Source of the DNA: a virus
Lineage: Duplodnaviria > Caudoviricetes
IMG/VR virus record: IMGVR_UViG_3300023180_000051
Coordinates: 1,320-65,319 of that record
Reading direction: 5' to 3' (one strand)
Length of the DNA: 64,000 bases
The translations under genes and the position numbers were made by a program. The first letter of the stretch is position 1. Each line of letters opens with the position of its first letter. The notes beneath the pieces were generated by a model, which saw only the letters and a program-made list of their open reading frames with translations, was not told the DNA's origin and did not search any database. Shown in pieces: positions 1 to 9,909 of this stretch.

Positions 1-80
1 ATCTCTACATTATTAAATAGAGTTCCAAAAGCAATGACAGTTCTTCGTATAGTTTCGTTATAAAAATGAGATCCTAACAT
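1..80 (-). CDS. gp15: Tail sheath stabilizer/tail terminator, 5' end only (runs off window)
   Basis: Manual translation from ATG at 80 gives MLGSHFYNETIRRTVIAFGTLFNNVE, the typical gp15 N-terminus. It overlaps the gp14 stop (TAATG) and matches the T4 order 13-14-15. Confidence 0.9.
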   Translation of the reverse strand, partial: MLGSHFYNETIRRTVIAFGTLFNNVE

Positions 81-1021
81 TAGAAGACATCAGTAAAGTT
101 TCCATATTCGCCAAATGGATTCCTCTCTGTAAAGTCGAGAATGTCATCCGCTTCAACTTCTATGTATTTATTATCATCATATTCACTATTGCTGTCATCA
201 ATATTGACAGTAGGACTTTGATCTCCTATAATGTATACACCATCACTGGTATAAGAAGATCCACTTTGTTTTAGTACAGCTTGTCCTTCTGCAAAGTCTC
301 CAGTAATATTGATTAGTTTCAATGATCTAGTTGGTGCATCCCAGTCTGCTACCTTAGCAGTTATACCAGTTGGAGTATATGTTGTATTACCTAACAACTC
401 ACCAACAGTGTGATATTCTATAATATCATTTTGATAGTAGTTGCCAGTTCCACCTTCATCCAATACAAGAGTAATGGAGTAATCTGTTTCTAGTGCGTCA
501 TCATCAATCTCAGGAATTCCAGTATTGAAATCATCGCTACCAACATCATAGATTTCACAAGTTAGAGTATAGAAATATACTTTACCTAACTGATAGAAAG
601 GTTGTTCTCTTTCTACAAATTTTATTTCATATATATCTTCTGTTAGTGGGAAGTATATTAGATCACCTTCATTGGGTCTTGTCATAATTTCTAGATTTTT
701 CAATCTAGGTGCTTCTTCATCCCATCGTCTTGCGGAGATAGTAATCCTGATTTCATCAGTAATCTTTAGACCAAACTTACTGATAAATTCTGAAGTATCT
801 CCAAATCCTTCTACGTTTTGTAAGAACGCTTCTATAACTATTTTCTCATTGAACTCTGAGAAGATAATGTCACCAAGAACTCCATCTTGAGTTGTCTTTC
901 TAGAGAGATAATAGACATCACTACCGAAGAGCTTGATCTGCTCATCTACTAAATCTTGAACTAGGTTTTGTTCCCCACTATCATTTTTTAGATAGAGTGG
1001 AAAGTAATGACTGGTAGGCAT
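80..1021 (-). CDS. gp14: Neck protein (head closure)
   Basis: EQNLVQDLVDEQIKLFG, SKFGL, RPNEGDLIYFP, EIKFVE..PFYQLGK and C-terminal DFTERNPFG motifs; lies next to gp13. Confidence 0.93.
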   Translation of the reverse strand: MPTSHYFPLYLKNDSGEQNLVQDLVDEQIKLFGSDVYYLSRKTTQDGVLGDIIFSEFNEKIVIEAFLQNVEGFGDTSEFISKFGLKITDEIRITISARRWDEEAPRLKNLEIMTRPNEGDLIYFPLTEDIYEIKFVEREQPFYQLGKVYFYTLTCEIYDVGSDDFNTGIPEIDDDALETDYSITLVLDEGGTGNYYQNDIIEYHTVGELLGNTTYTPTGITAKVADWDAPTRSLKLINITGDFAEGQAVLKQSGSSYTSDGVYIIGDQSPTVNIDDSNSEYDDNKYIEVEADDILDFTERNPFGEYGNFTDVF

Positions 1022-1022
1022 C

Positions 1023-1823
1023 TTATCCGATCATGTCCATAGGTGGAATAGCATACTTGCTGAGGACTTCACTTTCTATTTGCATAATCTCTCCAACAGC
1101 ATCTTCATACAACTGTCTTCCATTCATGGTAATACCACCAGGAAGTTGTACGTTATTAAACTTGATCATGTTTTGACCCCACTGTCTTTTGATTAGAGCA
1201 GTAGCGTATCTCTTCAAGAACATATCATTATACATTTCGGTTGCGTCTGTAGGATCAACAAGACGATGTGCCTCAATCAATAACCAAGTATCCTCTTTGA
1301 GGAATGCCTTATTGATATCAAGATATAAACGATCACGACGCATTGTGTATCTGAACTGCTGGAATGATCCATTGTTGAGGACCATATCCAGTGTCTCTAG
1401 ATACTGCTTGTTCATATAGTAGTTGAGGATATCTAGTGATCCAAACGCATACAGATCGTTCAGGAACAACTGATACTCAACACCAAAAAGGTTAGAACGG
1501 ATTGAGTTGCTGACTAGACCAAATACTCTTGTAATGCCAACAACGTGATTAGGAATAGGAATATAATTTGTTGCCTCTTCCCAATTAGTAGTTCCAGATG
1601 TTGTAGTTAGTTCTCCATCAAATCTTGTTAGATCGTCAGCAGTAATTTTGTGTCTTAGGTAAGCACGCTCAGCACCATTGTAGCAGTTCTCTTGAAAAAA
1701 CTGAATGGCATCATCAATCAGATCATCAACTTGATCATCATCAACGTTGATTTCTAATACTGGTGCGCCTAATTTTCTTAGGCAGTAATCAGTAAACTCT
1801 GCCCTAGATGCTGGTTGAGCCAT
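1023..1823 (-). CDS. gp13: Neck protein (head-tail adaptor)
   Basis: YCLRKLGAPVLEINVDDDQ N-terminus and KRQWGQNMIKF..VQLPGGITMNG motif. Confidence 0.95.
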   Translation of the reverse strand: MAQPASRAEFTDYCLRKLGAPVLEINVDDDQVDDLIDDAIQFFQENCYNGAERAYLRHKITADDLTRFDGELTTTSGTTNWEEATNYIPIPNHVVGITRVFGLVSNSIRSNLFGVEYQLFLNDLYAFGSLDILNYYMNKQYLETLDMVLNNGSFQQFRYTMRRDRLYLDINKAFLKEDTWLLIEAHRLVDPTDATEMYNDMFLKRYATALIKRQWGQNMIKFNNVQLPGGITMNGRQLYEDAVGEIMQIESEVLSKYAIPPMDMIG

Positions 1824-1845
1824 CCTTACAACCTACTTTATTAAG

Positions 1846-1853
1846 TATTTATC
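1846..1853 (-). promoter_or_regulatory. T4-type late promoter (GATAAATA) for gp13
   Basis: NATAAATA box about 22 nt upstream of the gp13 ATG. Confidence 0.7.
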
Positions 1854-2385
1854 AAAAGAAGGTAGAGAAGGAATATGCTCCTCCGCCAACTGGAGCAACC
1901 GTATAGTCAGCAATCCATTCGGCAGTATCAACTTCTACATATCTTCTATTACTTCGTCTTCCACTAGCACCACCAGTCTGAATAATACCAACCTCAACGT
2001 TAGCTCCAGATAGTGCTGCTAGAATATTGGCATTCCAGGTAAATGATATGGTTTGACCTGTGGTAGATGATACCGTAATATTATTACTAGATGTTCCTGT
2101 AGAACTTCCAGACTCATAGACAACTAACTGAACTGTTGGATTATTTCCACCGCTAGCATTTTTCTTTACAACTGCCCTAAAGGTTTGTAAGTTTGCTCCA
2201 CTAGTTAGAGTGTCTGTTGGTGATGGAAAAGAAAGAATTATTTCAGTTGCTCCACTAGTATCAGCAGTAGCAAACGTTCCATCAGCATTAGCAACACCTT
2301 CATCCAAATTTGCAATTACAGCGTCATTGTTAAATCCTACAGGAGTTCCTATTACTGCATCAGGTAATAAAGTTTCAGTTGCCAT
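1852..2385 (-). CDS. Hypothetical virion protein (beta-rich, fibre-associated)
   Basis: 177-aa ORF rich in G/T/S/A, within the fibre cluster. Confidence 0.65.
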   Translation of the reverse strand: MATETLLPDAVIGTPVGFNNDAVIANLDEGVANADGTFATADTSGATEIILSFPSPTDTLTSGANLQTFRAVVKKNASGGNNPTVQLVVYESGSSTGTSSNNITVSSTTGQTISFTWNANILAALSGANVEVGIIQTGGASGRRSNRRYVEVDTAEWIADYTVAPVGGGAYSFSTFF

Positions 2386-2387
2386 AA

Positions 2388-2528
2388 TTATTCAGTGGGT
2401 TGTTGTGATTCGCTGTCGTCTAATAAATTTTTATTTTCTTCTAGTTTTTTCATAGACTCTAGTTGACTAGCATCTAGAGAACTTCTGTGGTCTTTATTTC
2501 TTTGTGCTAATTTTTTACTAAATGTCAT
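2388..2528 (-). CDS. Small hypothetical protein (46 aa), not in ORF track
   Basis: MTFSKKLAQRNKDHRSSLDASQLESMKKLEENKNLLDDSESQQPTE fills the gap between flanking genes with 5-nt and 2-nt spacers. Confidence 0.55.
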   Translation of the reverse strand: MTFSKKLAQRNKDHRSSLDASQLESMKKLEENKNLLDDSESQQPTE

Positions 2529-2533
2529 GATTA

Positions 2534-4246
2534 TTAACTGGGTACTAAACGTAATGCGACTGTAACTCTTGTAACAGTTGTAGCAGAGTCAACTTCAAAT
2601 TCTATCACATCTCTTGCGGATAGTGTAGTTGTCCATGAAGATAATGTGAGATCTTCTGCTTTCTGTGCTGAAGATAATGTTGGAAGTTCCGTTCCAGCAA
2701 TAGAAGATGTTGTTGGGAATCCTGTGAAAGTAGAACGGTTTACATCAACTACAATACTTCCAGATTGATCTGCAATAATCGTCCAACCAGTTACTGTATA
2801 ATCTCCATCAATAACAATTACTCCTTTCTTTCCAGTAGTAATTGCAGAACCACCACCATCAATTACAAAGTTGAGAGTTCTGGTATTTGAAACAAATGAA
2901 GCATTTTGAGATCCGTCAAACTGGAGAATGTCATTTGCAGCACCCCCTGCAGCAGGGAGAGTGATAATATAATCATTAGTTACATTTGCTGGTGCTTGTA
3001 TAAGAACTGTATTAGTTCTGTCGTCATCTTGTAATGATATTCCTTGACCTATAGCAACACCATCGGGAGAAATCTGAAAAACACTAGTGCCCTGATATGT
3101 ACAACTAAGTAATCTTGAATCTGCTCCGACACTTACGTTGCTTGTGCTACCTCCAGAATCATTTGTGCATTGTATAGTAAATCCAGTATAATTAACGCTA
3201 GCGACTGGCCAGTTTGCAACTACACTAGATCCATTGCTTGTAGAATAAAAAGATCTTGAAACAATGCCAAGATTTCCTGCATCTTTATTAGAAAGATAAA
3301 CACTAAAACTTGAAGTTGGTCCAATAGATCCAGATGTAGTGCCATCTTCATCTGGATCTTCTATCTGGGAAATTATTGTCGTGTATCCATATCCCTGCTG
3401 CACTCCTGATGGCGGACCAGCATCATAAGCACCAAGCCAATCAATTGACGCCATGAAATCATCTGCTGCTGGACTAAGTGATTCTCTTATTAAGTTTGTA
3501 ATTGGACCTCTGTTTGCTCCTGATTCGCTAATTTTAATAGCAACTGGGGTAAACACAGTGCCTTCAACAAAGAGATTTCCACTAGCATCAGTTTTATTAC
3601 CAATATTCAAACGTGTATTAGTAGCATCAAAGTTGATATCCGTGTCTGATGTAAAGTTTCCAGCACCGTCACTGAACTGAATATCACCAGATCCACCAGC
3701 AGCAGATTGAGTTGTTCCAGAAGCATTTGCCCAAACTAGAGTAGCATCAGTTGCTGTTGGTGTTGGAGAAGAAGCAATCTGCAATATGTCTCCAGCTGAA
3801 CCAATTGTTGCTGGTAATGTATAAGTTCGAACTGCTCCAATAGAAGCAGGAGCTTGAAAAGCAAGATAGTTTGTGCCATCTCCAAGTCTTAGATCTCCTT
3901 GACTATCAATAAGAAGATTGCTGCCGTCTGTAGTAATTCCAGTAGCACCAGCAAATGATCCAGAACTATTATATTGTATTTGTGTATCAGATCCTGCAGC
4001 AGATGCTCCTGGTGCATCTACCCAAGATAAAACTCCAGTTCCATTAGTTTGTAAATATTGATTTGCTGTACCATCATCTGCTGGCAAAGTCAGAGTATAA
4101 TTTGCTGCTAATGAATCTGGTGCTTTTAAAGAAACAGTATTTGTTCCATTTGTAGAACCCTCATAAAAAATTAGAGATGCTCCGTCTGCTGCTACTCCAC
4201 TTATAATTTCTGGATTTATTAATATCTGTCCTCTAGTTAGTGCCAT
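2534..4246 (-). CDS. Tail fibre-like protein
   Basis: Likely start is MALTRGQ at 4246 (TAATG overlap with upstream stop). Has three xAPxxxxxxYTxTLPxxxG repeats, GSDTQIQYN-type fibre motifs and a C-terminal FVIDGGGSAITTG domain. Confidence 0.75.
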   Translation of the reverse strand: MALTRGQILINPEIISGVAADGASLIFYEGSTNGTNTVSLKAPDSLAANYTLTLPADDGTANQYLQTNGTGVLSWVDAPGASAAGSDTQIQYNSSGSFAGATGITTDGSNLLIDSQGDLRLGDGTNYLAFQAPASIGAVRTYTLPATIGSAGDILQIASSPTPTATDATLVWANASGTTQSAAGGSGDIQFSDGAGNFTSDTDINFDATNTRLNIGNKTDASGNLFVEGTVFTPVAIKISESGANRGPITNLIRESLSPAADDFMASIDWLGAYDAGPPSGVQQGYGYTTIISQIEDPDEDGTTSGSIGPTSSFSVYLSNKDAGNLGIVSRSFYSTSNGSSVVANWPVASVNYTGFTIQCTNDSGGSTSNVSVGADSRLLSCTYQGTSVFQISPDGVAIGQGISLQDDDRTNTVLIQAPANVTNDYIITLPAAGGAANDILQFDGSQNASFVSNTRTLNFVIDGGGSAITTGKKGVIVIDGDYTVTGWTIIADQSGSIVVDVNRSTFTGFPTTSSIAGTELPTLSSAQKAEDLTLSSWTTTLSARDVIEFEVDSATTVTRVTVALRLVPS

Positions 4247-7137
4247 TATGCTTGTGCCTCCGTCCAACGAAGAATGATATCAACAGTTGCTGACTGGGAA
4301 TTGTTATTAGCAATGGTAAATACAATTACTTCTGGTCCATCTGGATAAGTAGAGTCTCCACCAATGATAGAGTTTTGAACTTCTTTGATAGCAGACAAAT
4401 CATATGTAGCAGTTCCAGAAGCAGAAAGATATCTAAATAAAATCTCTCCATCTTCTGGTGCTGTTGTTGTTCCAGCAAGAGTTCCACCTGAAGTAGCATA
4501 TTGTGCAAATGATGGTTGGAAAGCAGTTACAGTTCTAACAGTAGTGGTATTAGCATTCTGCCAAGTTGCTGCTCCAACGTTACTTGGATTCAAGATAGCG
4601 GCAATCTCAAGGTTTCTGCTTGAGTTGTTATTCAATTCTAAACTTTGTAGCTTGATCTGTGATCTATTAATAATTTCTCTTTCTCCAAGAAGACCAGGAA
4701 TTGTATCTGAAACTGATGGAGCAGGACGGAACAACAATAGATTTTGAATACCATTACCAGCAATAGTTACGTTTGTTACTGACAAACTAAACAGATAACC
4801 AGTATCTTCTTGGAATTCTCCATCCATAATTACAGCAGAACCCCAGTGTGAAATTGTTGGAGCACATGTTGTATTCAATAGAATTGCACTTGAACCTGCT
4901 GGGTGATTATATGCTGTGGTTGCTCCACTAAATGATCTAGATGCTCCAGCGAGGAATTGTGTATAAGAATCTGCTCTAGTAGTTCCAGTCAATACATTTC
5001 CAGATTTGCCAGTATAACTAATAATTTCATGTCTAATAGTTCCAGATTGATTACTTGTAACCATAACATGTTCTGGATATGTTGCTGATGCTTCTGGGAA
5101 TCTGGAAGCATCTGCCAATGTAATGTCTCCAGTAGTTCCTGATGCTGATGCTAATTTATCTAAAGCTGAATAATTTACAACTTCATATCTTGCTGGCAAG
5201 TTTCCAGATCTCATATAAGCTTCTGCGTTGAAGTTACTGTTTGATATTCTATGAACAGTAACAAAGTTTCCTTCTGGACCTCTCAGCATGAAGTCAATAA
5301 ATCCAGCACCATACCATGAATACTGAATGGCAACCATCTGCATCTTGGATAGATCTATATTATATCCAGATGCTCCTTTTCCATCAATTTTATCGTAGTT
5401 GAATTTACTTTGTGGAACGCGAAGTTCCCTAATAATCGTCGGTTTTGAATTAGTTACAGTAGCACCTCTATTTTCTGGAGATACTGAAATAGAAGTATCA
5501 CTAGTAATAGTAGTTACCAGATATCTTTGACCTTTGATTAGAATATTATCACCAACTTTTAATTGTTCTGTGAATCTTGTATTTGTTCCTGTAACTGCCT
5601 GTGATCCATTTGTAATAGAGCAGACACCAGTAAGTTGGAATGTAGAAGAACGACGAACTACATTCAGTTCTTGTCCATCAAATTCCCAAAAAACTCCGTT
5701 AGTATCGTCAAACAATCCACAACGAATAGATGATCCAGACCATTTCGTAATAGCAATTCTTGGTTGGTTATCAAGAACGGCAGCGGCATCGGTTGGCGCT
5801 GATGCTCCTTCATCTACTCTAAATGTTTTATCATCTACAATAGTTTTTACAATATATGTTCCGTTGTAATTTGTCGAAGAGATACCATATAATTCAATAG
5901 TAGCACCTGCTTGTAATCCATGAGATAATTGAGTTTCAATCGTGATTTCATTTGTGCCAGAACTCCACGATGCTGACTGTAAATCAAAGATTGGATTGAA
6001 CAGTGCTCCAGTGGAATACAAAATTCCCTTACCAGATTGATAACGGAAGTATCTTTTTGATTGTCTCTTTGCTTCTAATCCATGAATAGGTAAGTATGGA
6101 CCTACGAGAACACCACCATCAAATGGTCTATGAATAAAGAAACTATCATTGATTGCTATTAGACTAACATTAGTCGTTGTAATAGAACCACTAGTTACGG
6201 TCTGACCAGCATCATAAACAATAGTATCTCCATCTGTTACTTCCGTAACAAAGAATCTACCTTCATGTGATTGAGTTCCTGCGGTGGTATCAACAACAAG
6301 AATAGGCGAACCTGGAACTAGACCATGTGGACTATTGAATGTAACGGTTACATTACCACCAGCACCATCACCAGTCATTGTATTAATATCCATAGGAGAA
6401 CCAACATAAGTTCCTCCTTCTTTTACTACTACCGTTGGGTTGTATATACTTCCAGTAGCAATACTTCCTTTGACTAGAACATCAAAAGTAGATAATGTAG
6501 GAGAGTTATTTGCGTTAACAACAAACAAACCATTCGCCAAATCACTATCAGTGCCAGTAATTGAAACTGGTGTTCCCACATCAGGAGCAGTTCCAGTAGT
6601 AACTGTTACTCTCACTGTTGAAAAGGTAGCAGCTCCTAAAGACTCTATTTCAGATGCTACTAGTGCTGGTCCAGGAAATTCAAAGAACGAAGGGATATTT
6701 CTATTCAGTCCAACCGACTGCCATTTAGTTGCTTGTAATCCATATTCAAAGTCAGCGTCAATTAGTGACTGTGGATTAGCAACACGTATTCTTTCAATTG
6801 CGTCTGTGCCAAAATCGAAAGGACGAACCTTTAGTCCCTGAGCATTATCTTCAACGTAGATGAGCAACTCATCCGTATCACTCATCGATGTTGTATCAAA
6901 ATCTAATGTGAAGACACAATGACCATCAATAGAATATGGGAAGTCTGGGTCAGTTCCTAGCTCTGGGTGTGTATGAGACTTAGTTCCTCCTTTCCCAGCA
7001 ACTCCAACCGAATATATTACAGTATCTGCAGTTACATTAATAATCAATAGAAGATCATTTAGATCTCTATGACCAGGAATTTTTACGGTCTTCGCACTAG
7101 CATCAAATAAGTATTGTTTTTCTTGTCTTTTTGCCAT
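4246..7137 (-). CDS. Virion structural protein (963 aa)
   Basis: R(I)RVANPQSLIDADFEYGLQ, RQSKRYFRYQSGKG and YSWYGAG motifs, typical of a conserved cyanomyovirus structural family. Confidence 0.75.
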   Translation of the reverse strand: MAKRQEKQYLFDASAKTVKIPGHRDLNDLLLIINVTADTVIYSVGVAGKGGTKSHTHPELGTDPDFPYSIDGHCVFTLDFDTTSMSDTDELLIYVEDNAQGLKVRPFDFGTDAIERIRVANPQSLIDADFEYGLQATKWQSVGLNRNIPSFFEFPGPALVASEIESLGAATFSTVRVTVTTGTAPDVGTPVSITGTDSDLANGLFVVNANNSPTLSTFDVLVKGSIATGSIYNPTVVVKEGGTYVGSPMDINTMTGDGAGGNVTVTFNSPHGLVPGSPILVVDTTAGTQSHEGRFFVTEVTDGDTIVYDAGQTVTSGSITTTNVSLIAINDSFFIHRPFDGGVLVGPYLPIHGLEAKRQSKRYFRYQSGKGILYSTGALFNPIFDLQSASWSSGTNEITIETQLSHGLQAGATIELYGISSTNYNGTYIVKTIVDDKTFRVDEGASAPTDAAAVLDNQPRIAITKWSGSSIRCGLFDDTNGVFWEFDGQELNVVRRSSTFQLTGVCSITNGSQAVTGTNTRFTEQLKVGDNILIKGQRYLVTTITSDTSISVSPENRGATVTNSKPTIIRELRVPQSKFNYDKIDGKGASGYNIDLSKMQMVAIQYSWYGAGFIDFMLRGPEGNFVTVHRISNSNFNAEAYMRSGNLPARYEVVNYSALDKLASASGTTGDITLADASRFPEASATYPEHVMVTSNQSGTIRHEIISYTGKSGNVLTGTTRADSYTQFLAGASRSFSGATTAYNHPAGSSAILLNTTCAPTISHWGSAVIMDGEFQEDTGYLFSLSVTNVTIAGNGIQNLLLFRPAPSVSDTIPGLLGEREIINRSQIKLQSLELNNNSSRNLEIAAILNPSNVGAATWQNANTTTVRTVTAFQPSFAQYATSGGTLAGTTTAPEDGEILFRYLSASGTATYDLSAIKEVQNSIIGGDSTYPDGPEVIVFTIANNNSQSATVDIILRWTEAQA

Positions 7138-7140
7138 GAT

Positions 7141-7602
7141 CTATACTCCAAATACTATGCTATTTACGATTGATTGTTCTTGTGTAACATAAGCATCTAA
7201 TTCAGTAGTAGAAGTTGTCAACCCAAAAACTACACCAAAAAAGTCTTGACCTGCTTTTGGCGCTTCTACAAAATTAATTACAATAGGATCTGTCGTCAAA
7301 TCCGTTCCACCAGAAATATAAAATCCACTTGATTGAGTTGGATCTGGTTGTTGAATCACACCACCAACTGATATCATTACTCTCGCTGCTGTTGTTATTT
7401 CACTATTTATGAACTTGTTCGTATTGCTAGTAAGAGTAAATGCTGTTGTAGTTCCATTAAAAGAAGACGCAATATTATCGATAATTTTATACTCAGTGTT
7501 TAGTGGAACTATTTGCCATGCTGCACCATTGTATTTCCAAGTTTTTGTTCCAATAGTAACAGTATCATTCAAACTTGGTGATGCTGGAAAATCTAATGCC
7601 AT
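7141..7602 (-). CDS. Fibre adaptor-like protein
   Basis: N-terminal DFPASP..WKYNGAAW module, IDNIASSFNG..SVGGVIQ.P..FVEAP..FFG domain, and hydrophobic C-terminal SIVNSIVFGV. Confidence 0.65.
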   Translation of the reverse strand: MALDFPASPSLNDTVTIGTKTWKYNGAAWQIVPLNTEYKIIDNIASSFNGTTTAFTLTSNTNKFINSEITTAARVMISVGGVIQQPDPTQSSGFYISGGTDLTTDPIVINFVEAPKAGQDFFGVVFGLTTSTTELDAYVTQEQSIVNSIVFGV

Positions 7603-7605
7603 TTT

Positions 7606-7803
7606 TTATACCTCCTCTGGTGTTACAATACCAAAGAATTCACATGCTTCTGTCTGACTATCAAACCAATACCATCCATCAACAGGATATGTATGGTCAT
7701 CCTTAGACTCTTTTCTCAATTCATAATTAGAATTCATTACAAAATTTGGTCCATAAAGTAATGTACCATTATCATTCTTATAAAATCCTTGTGTGTTTTC
7801 CAT
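7606..7803 (-). CDS. Small hypothetical protein, possible partner/chaperone of the upstream LRR protein
   Basis: 65 aa, GFYK..LLYGPNFV..YPVDGWYWFDS; good SD (AGGAG) upstream. Confidence 0.7.
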   Translation of the reverse strand: MENTQGFYKNDNGTLLYGPNFVMNSNYELRKESKDDHTYPVDGWYWFDSQTEACEFFGIVTPEEV

Positions 7804-7818
7804 AGTTAATCTCCTAAA

Positions 7819-9582
7819 TTATCCCGTAACAGTCCAACCTTTGTCTGTAGCAATAGAAGTATTGTCAGCAACTGTCCCAGGATTACTAGATACAGTTATA
7901 GTTTGTGAAGTAACAGTTGATAAGTTTGTGTATATTTCATTCAATGAATTAAAGGATAACTTGGCGTTCGCAACTGAAAATGAAACGTCATATAAATCAG
8001 TAGATTCTATTCTTTGTAGTGATGCGCATCCACTAATAGAAAGACCAGAAGATGAAGTTCCAGTGCCAAAATTCCAATGACTGGGAATAACTTGAATATT
8101 TGCACAATTGTATAATACACTACTTCTGCCATTGTTCATATTTGGCATATTATATCTTGGAAGTTTTTCTAAAGAAATGCAATTGCTAAAATGATCATCC
8201 CAATTAGTACATGAAGTATAATCAGTATCTGGAACTTTTCTCAAAGCCACACAATTTGAGAAAACACTTCTTGCTTGATCTACTCCACTACTATTAAAAT
8301 TTAAAAAGTTTGGAGCTGTAATCAATGATCTACAGTTTGAAAACATAAAATTTACGCTTGTAACACTGGTCATATCAAAATCTGCTACTTTTGCAAGTGA
8401 ATAACAACTTGAAAAGCAAGATGAAAAAGATAGAACTAATCCTGTATTTAAATATGGAACTTCTTTCAAAGAGTAACAACTTGCAAACGTACTACTCATA
8501 ATTGTACAACTACTAAAATCAAATTGTGGAATCTCTTCTAAAGAAGTACATGATTGAAAAGCAGCGGTAGCGTTTGTGACAGAACTAAAATCATATAAAG
8601 GCAATTTTTTTAATTTAAAGCATTCATTGAACATAAAAGATATGTTTGTAGCACTGGAAGTATCAAGATACGGAGCTCGATCAAGATTATAACAATCAGA
8701 AAAAGCACTACTAAAACTAGTTACATTTGATGAAAGACTAGGATCTATAACAAAATTTTGTAGGTTAGTGCATCCACTACACATATTTTGAAAACTAGTA
8801 ATGCTACTACTAAGATTGTAAATTTCTATACTTTCTAAATATTTCGCCATAACCGCAGTAAAATCAGAGATATTACTAAGTTGTAGACTTGTGCAACTTG
8901 GAAGTGAAAGTTTTATTTCTAACCAACCACTAGTATATCCACCTCTAGAAAAAGGTGCAAATTTATTATCAAGATCGAGTCTCTCAATGTTACCAGATGT
9001 TGGCGTAATTTTTATAGTTTCTATTTTATATGGCAGCAATGATCCAGATCCATCAGTAGTTAGTGCCACAGCACTACCAGATTCTGTTGCTGAGATTTGA
9101 AATGTATTTGTTGTTGGATTTATTACATAATAATCTTTTCCTTCTGTTATTCCAGTTGTTGATGAAATGCGGTAGAATTGTACAATGTCTCCTTCAATAT
9201 ATCCATGAGAACTTCTTGTTACTACATCTCCAGTATCTGTAAAAGTAACAGTGGCATCATATAATGCATTATTATCAAAAGGAGTTGCCCATTCGACATA
9301 TTGATTAGTCGATCTGTTTGTTGTACTAATACCGACACGCTCAACTTGATAAGTACCACTGTTAGACACTTGACAAGTTACTGAACTTTCATTGCCATTA
9401 TTTCCAGTGTTATCTCCTGGCCAAACAGCACACAACCCAACAAATTTTTCATCACTACTAGAAACTGACTCTGGAAATTCTGGCCATGCTTTGTTTCTTT
9501 TCCATATTTGTTCACTAGTATTTGTCGATACAGATCTTGTACTAGACTGAATACTAAATGATTGATTATTGCGAATTGCCAT
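7819..9582 (-). CDS. BspA/DUF285-like leucine-rich-repeat protein, candidate receptor-binding protein
   Basis: About ten ~24-aa repeats FxxCxxLxxxPxxDxSxxTxxxxxF and a C-terminal IATDKGWTVTG cap; N-terminal HGY..GD.VQF..YYV..TFQISAT module. Confidence 0.75.
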   Translation of the reverse strand: MAIRNNQSFSIQSSTRSVSTNTSEQIWKRNKAWPEFPESVSSSDEKFVGLCAVWPGDNTGNNGNESSVTCQVSNSGTYQVERVGISTTNRSTNQYVEWATPFDNNALYDATVTFTDTGDVVTRSSHGYIEGDIVQFYRISSTTGITEGKDYYVINPTTNTFQISATESGSAVALTTDGSGSLLPYKIETIKITPTSGNIERLDLDNKFAPFSRGGYTSGWLEIKLSLPSCTSLQLSNISDFTAVMAKYLESIEIYNLSSSITSFQNMCSGCTNLQNFVIDPSLSSNVTSFSSAFSDCYNLDRAPYLDTSSATNISFMFNECFKLKKLPLYDFSSVTNATAAFQSCTSLEEIPQFDFSSCTIMSSTFASCYSLKEVPYLNTGLVLSFSSCFSSCYSLAKVADFDMTSVTSVNFMFSNCRSLITAPNFLNFNSSGVDQARSVFSNCVALRKVPDTDYTSCTNWDDHFSNCISLEKLPRYNMPNMNNGRSSVLYNCANIQVIPSHWNFGTGTSSSGLSISGCASLQRIESTDLYDVSFSVANAKLSFNSLNEIYTNLSTVTSQTITVSSNPGTVADNTSIATDKGWTVTG

Positions 9583-9908
9583 TATGTAATCTCCGATCCA
9601 AATAGACTAAAAGATAAATTAACACTCGATGCGTACACTGTTACAACATCTGTAGTTGCTAATGTAATACCTAGAGTGAGGTGAAGAGAGTCAGTTTGAG
9701 CTATAACTGTATCGTATATTACATAGTGTTGATTGGCAATAGCTGCACCAGATGGTCTAACAGCAACTCTAACTGATGCCGCTGATCCACGATTGCATAT
9801 AGAAAGCGTTGATACTACAGTACTAGTAGATGCTGGAACTGTGTATAAATCTGTGTTTGTTGTAGCAGATGGAGAACTTTGTCCAAGTACTTTATATGTT
9901 GTTGCCAT
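9582..9908 (-). CDS. Small fibre adaptor-like protein
   Basis: 108 aa MATTYKVLGQ..LYTVP..ICN..FSLFGSEIT, a common phage fibre-associated family; translationally coupled to its neighbours. Confidence 0.7.
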   Translation of the reverse strand: MATTYKVLGQSSPSATTNTDLYTVPASTSTVVSTLSICNRGSAASVRVAVRPSGAAIANQHYVIYDTVIAQTDSLHLTLGITLATTDVVTVYASSVNLSFSLFGSEIT

Positions 9909-9909
9909 T

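Noticed and set aside
4247-4267. Track start of the 577-aa ORF at 4267
   Set aside because: The ATG at 4246 overlapping the upstream stop (TAATG) fits the coupling pattern better.
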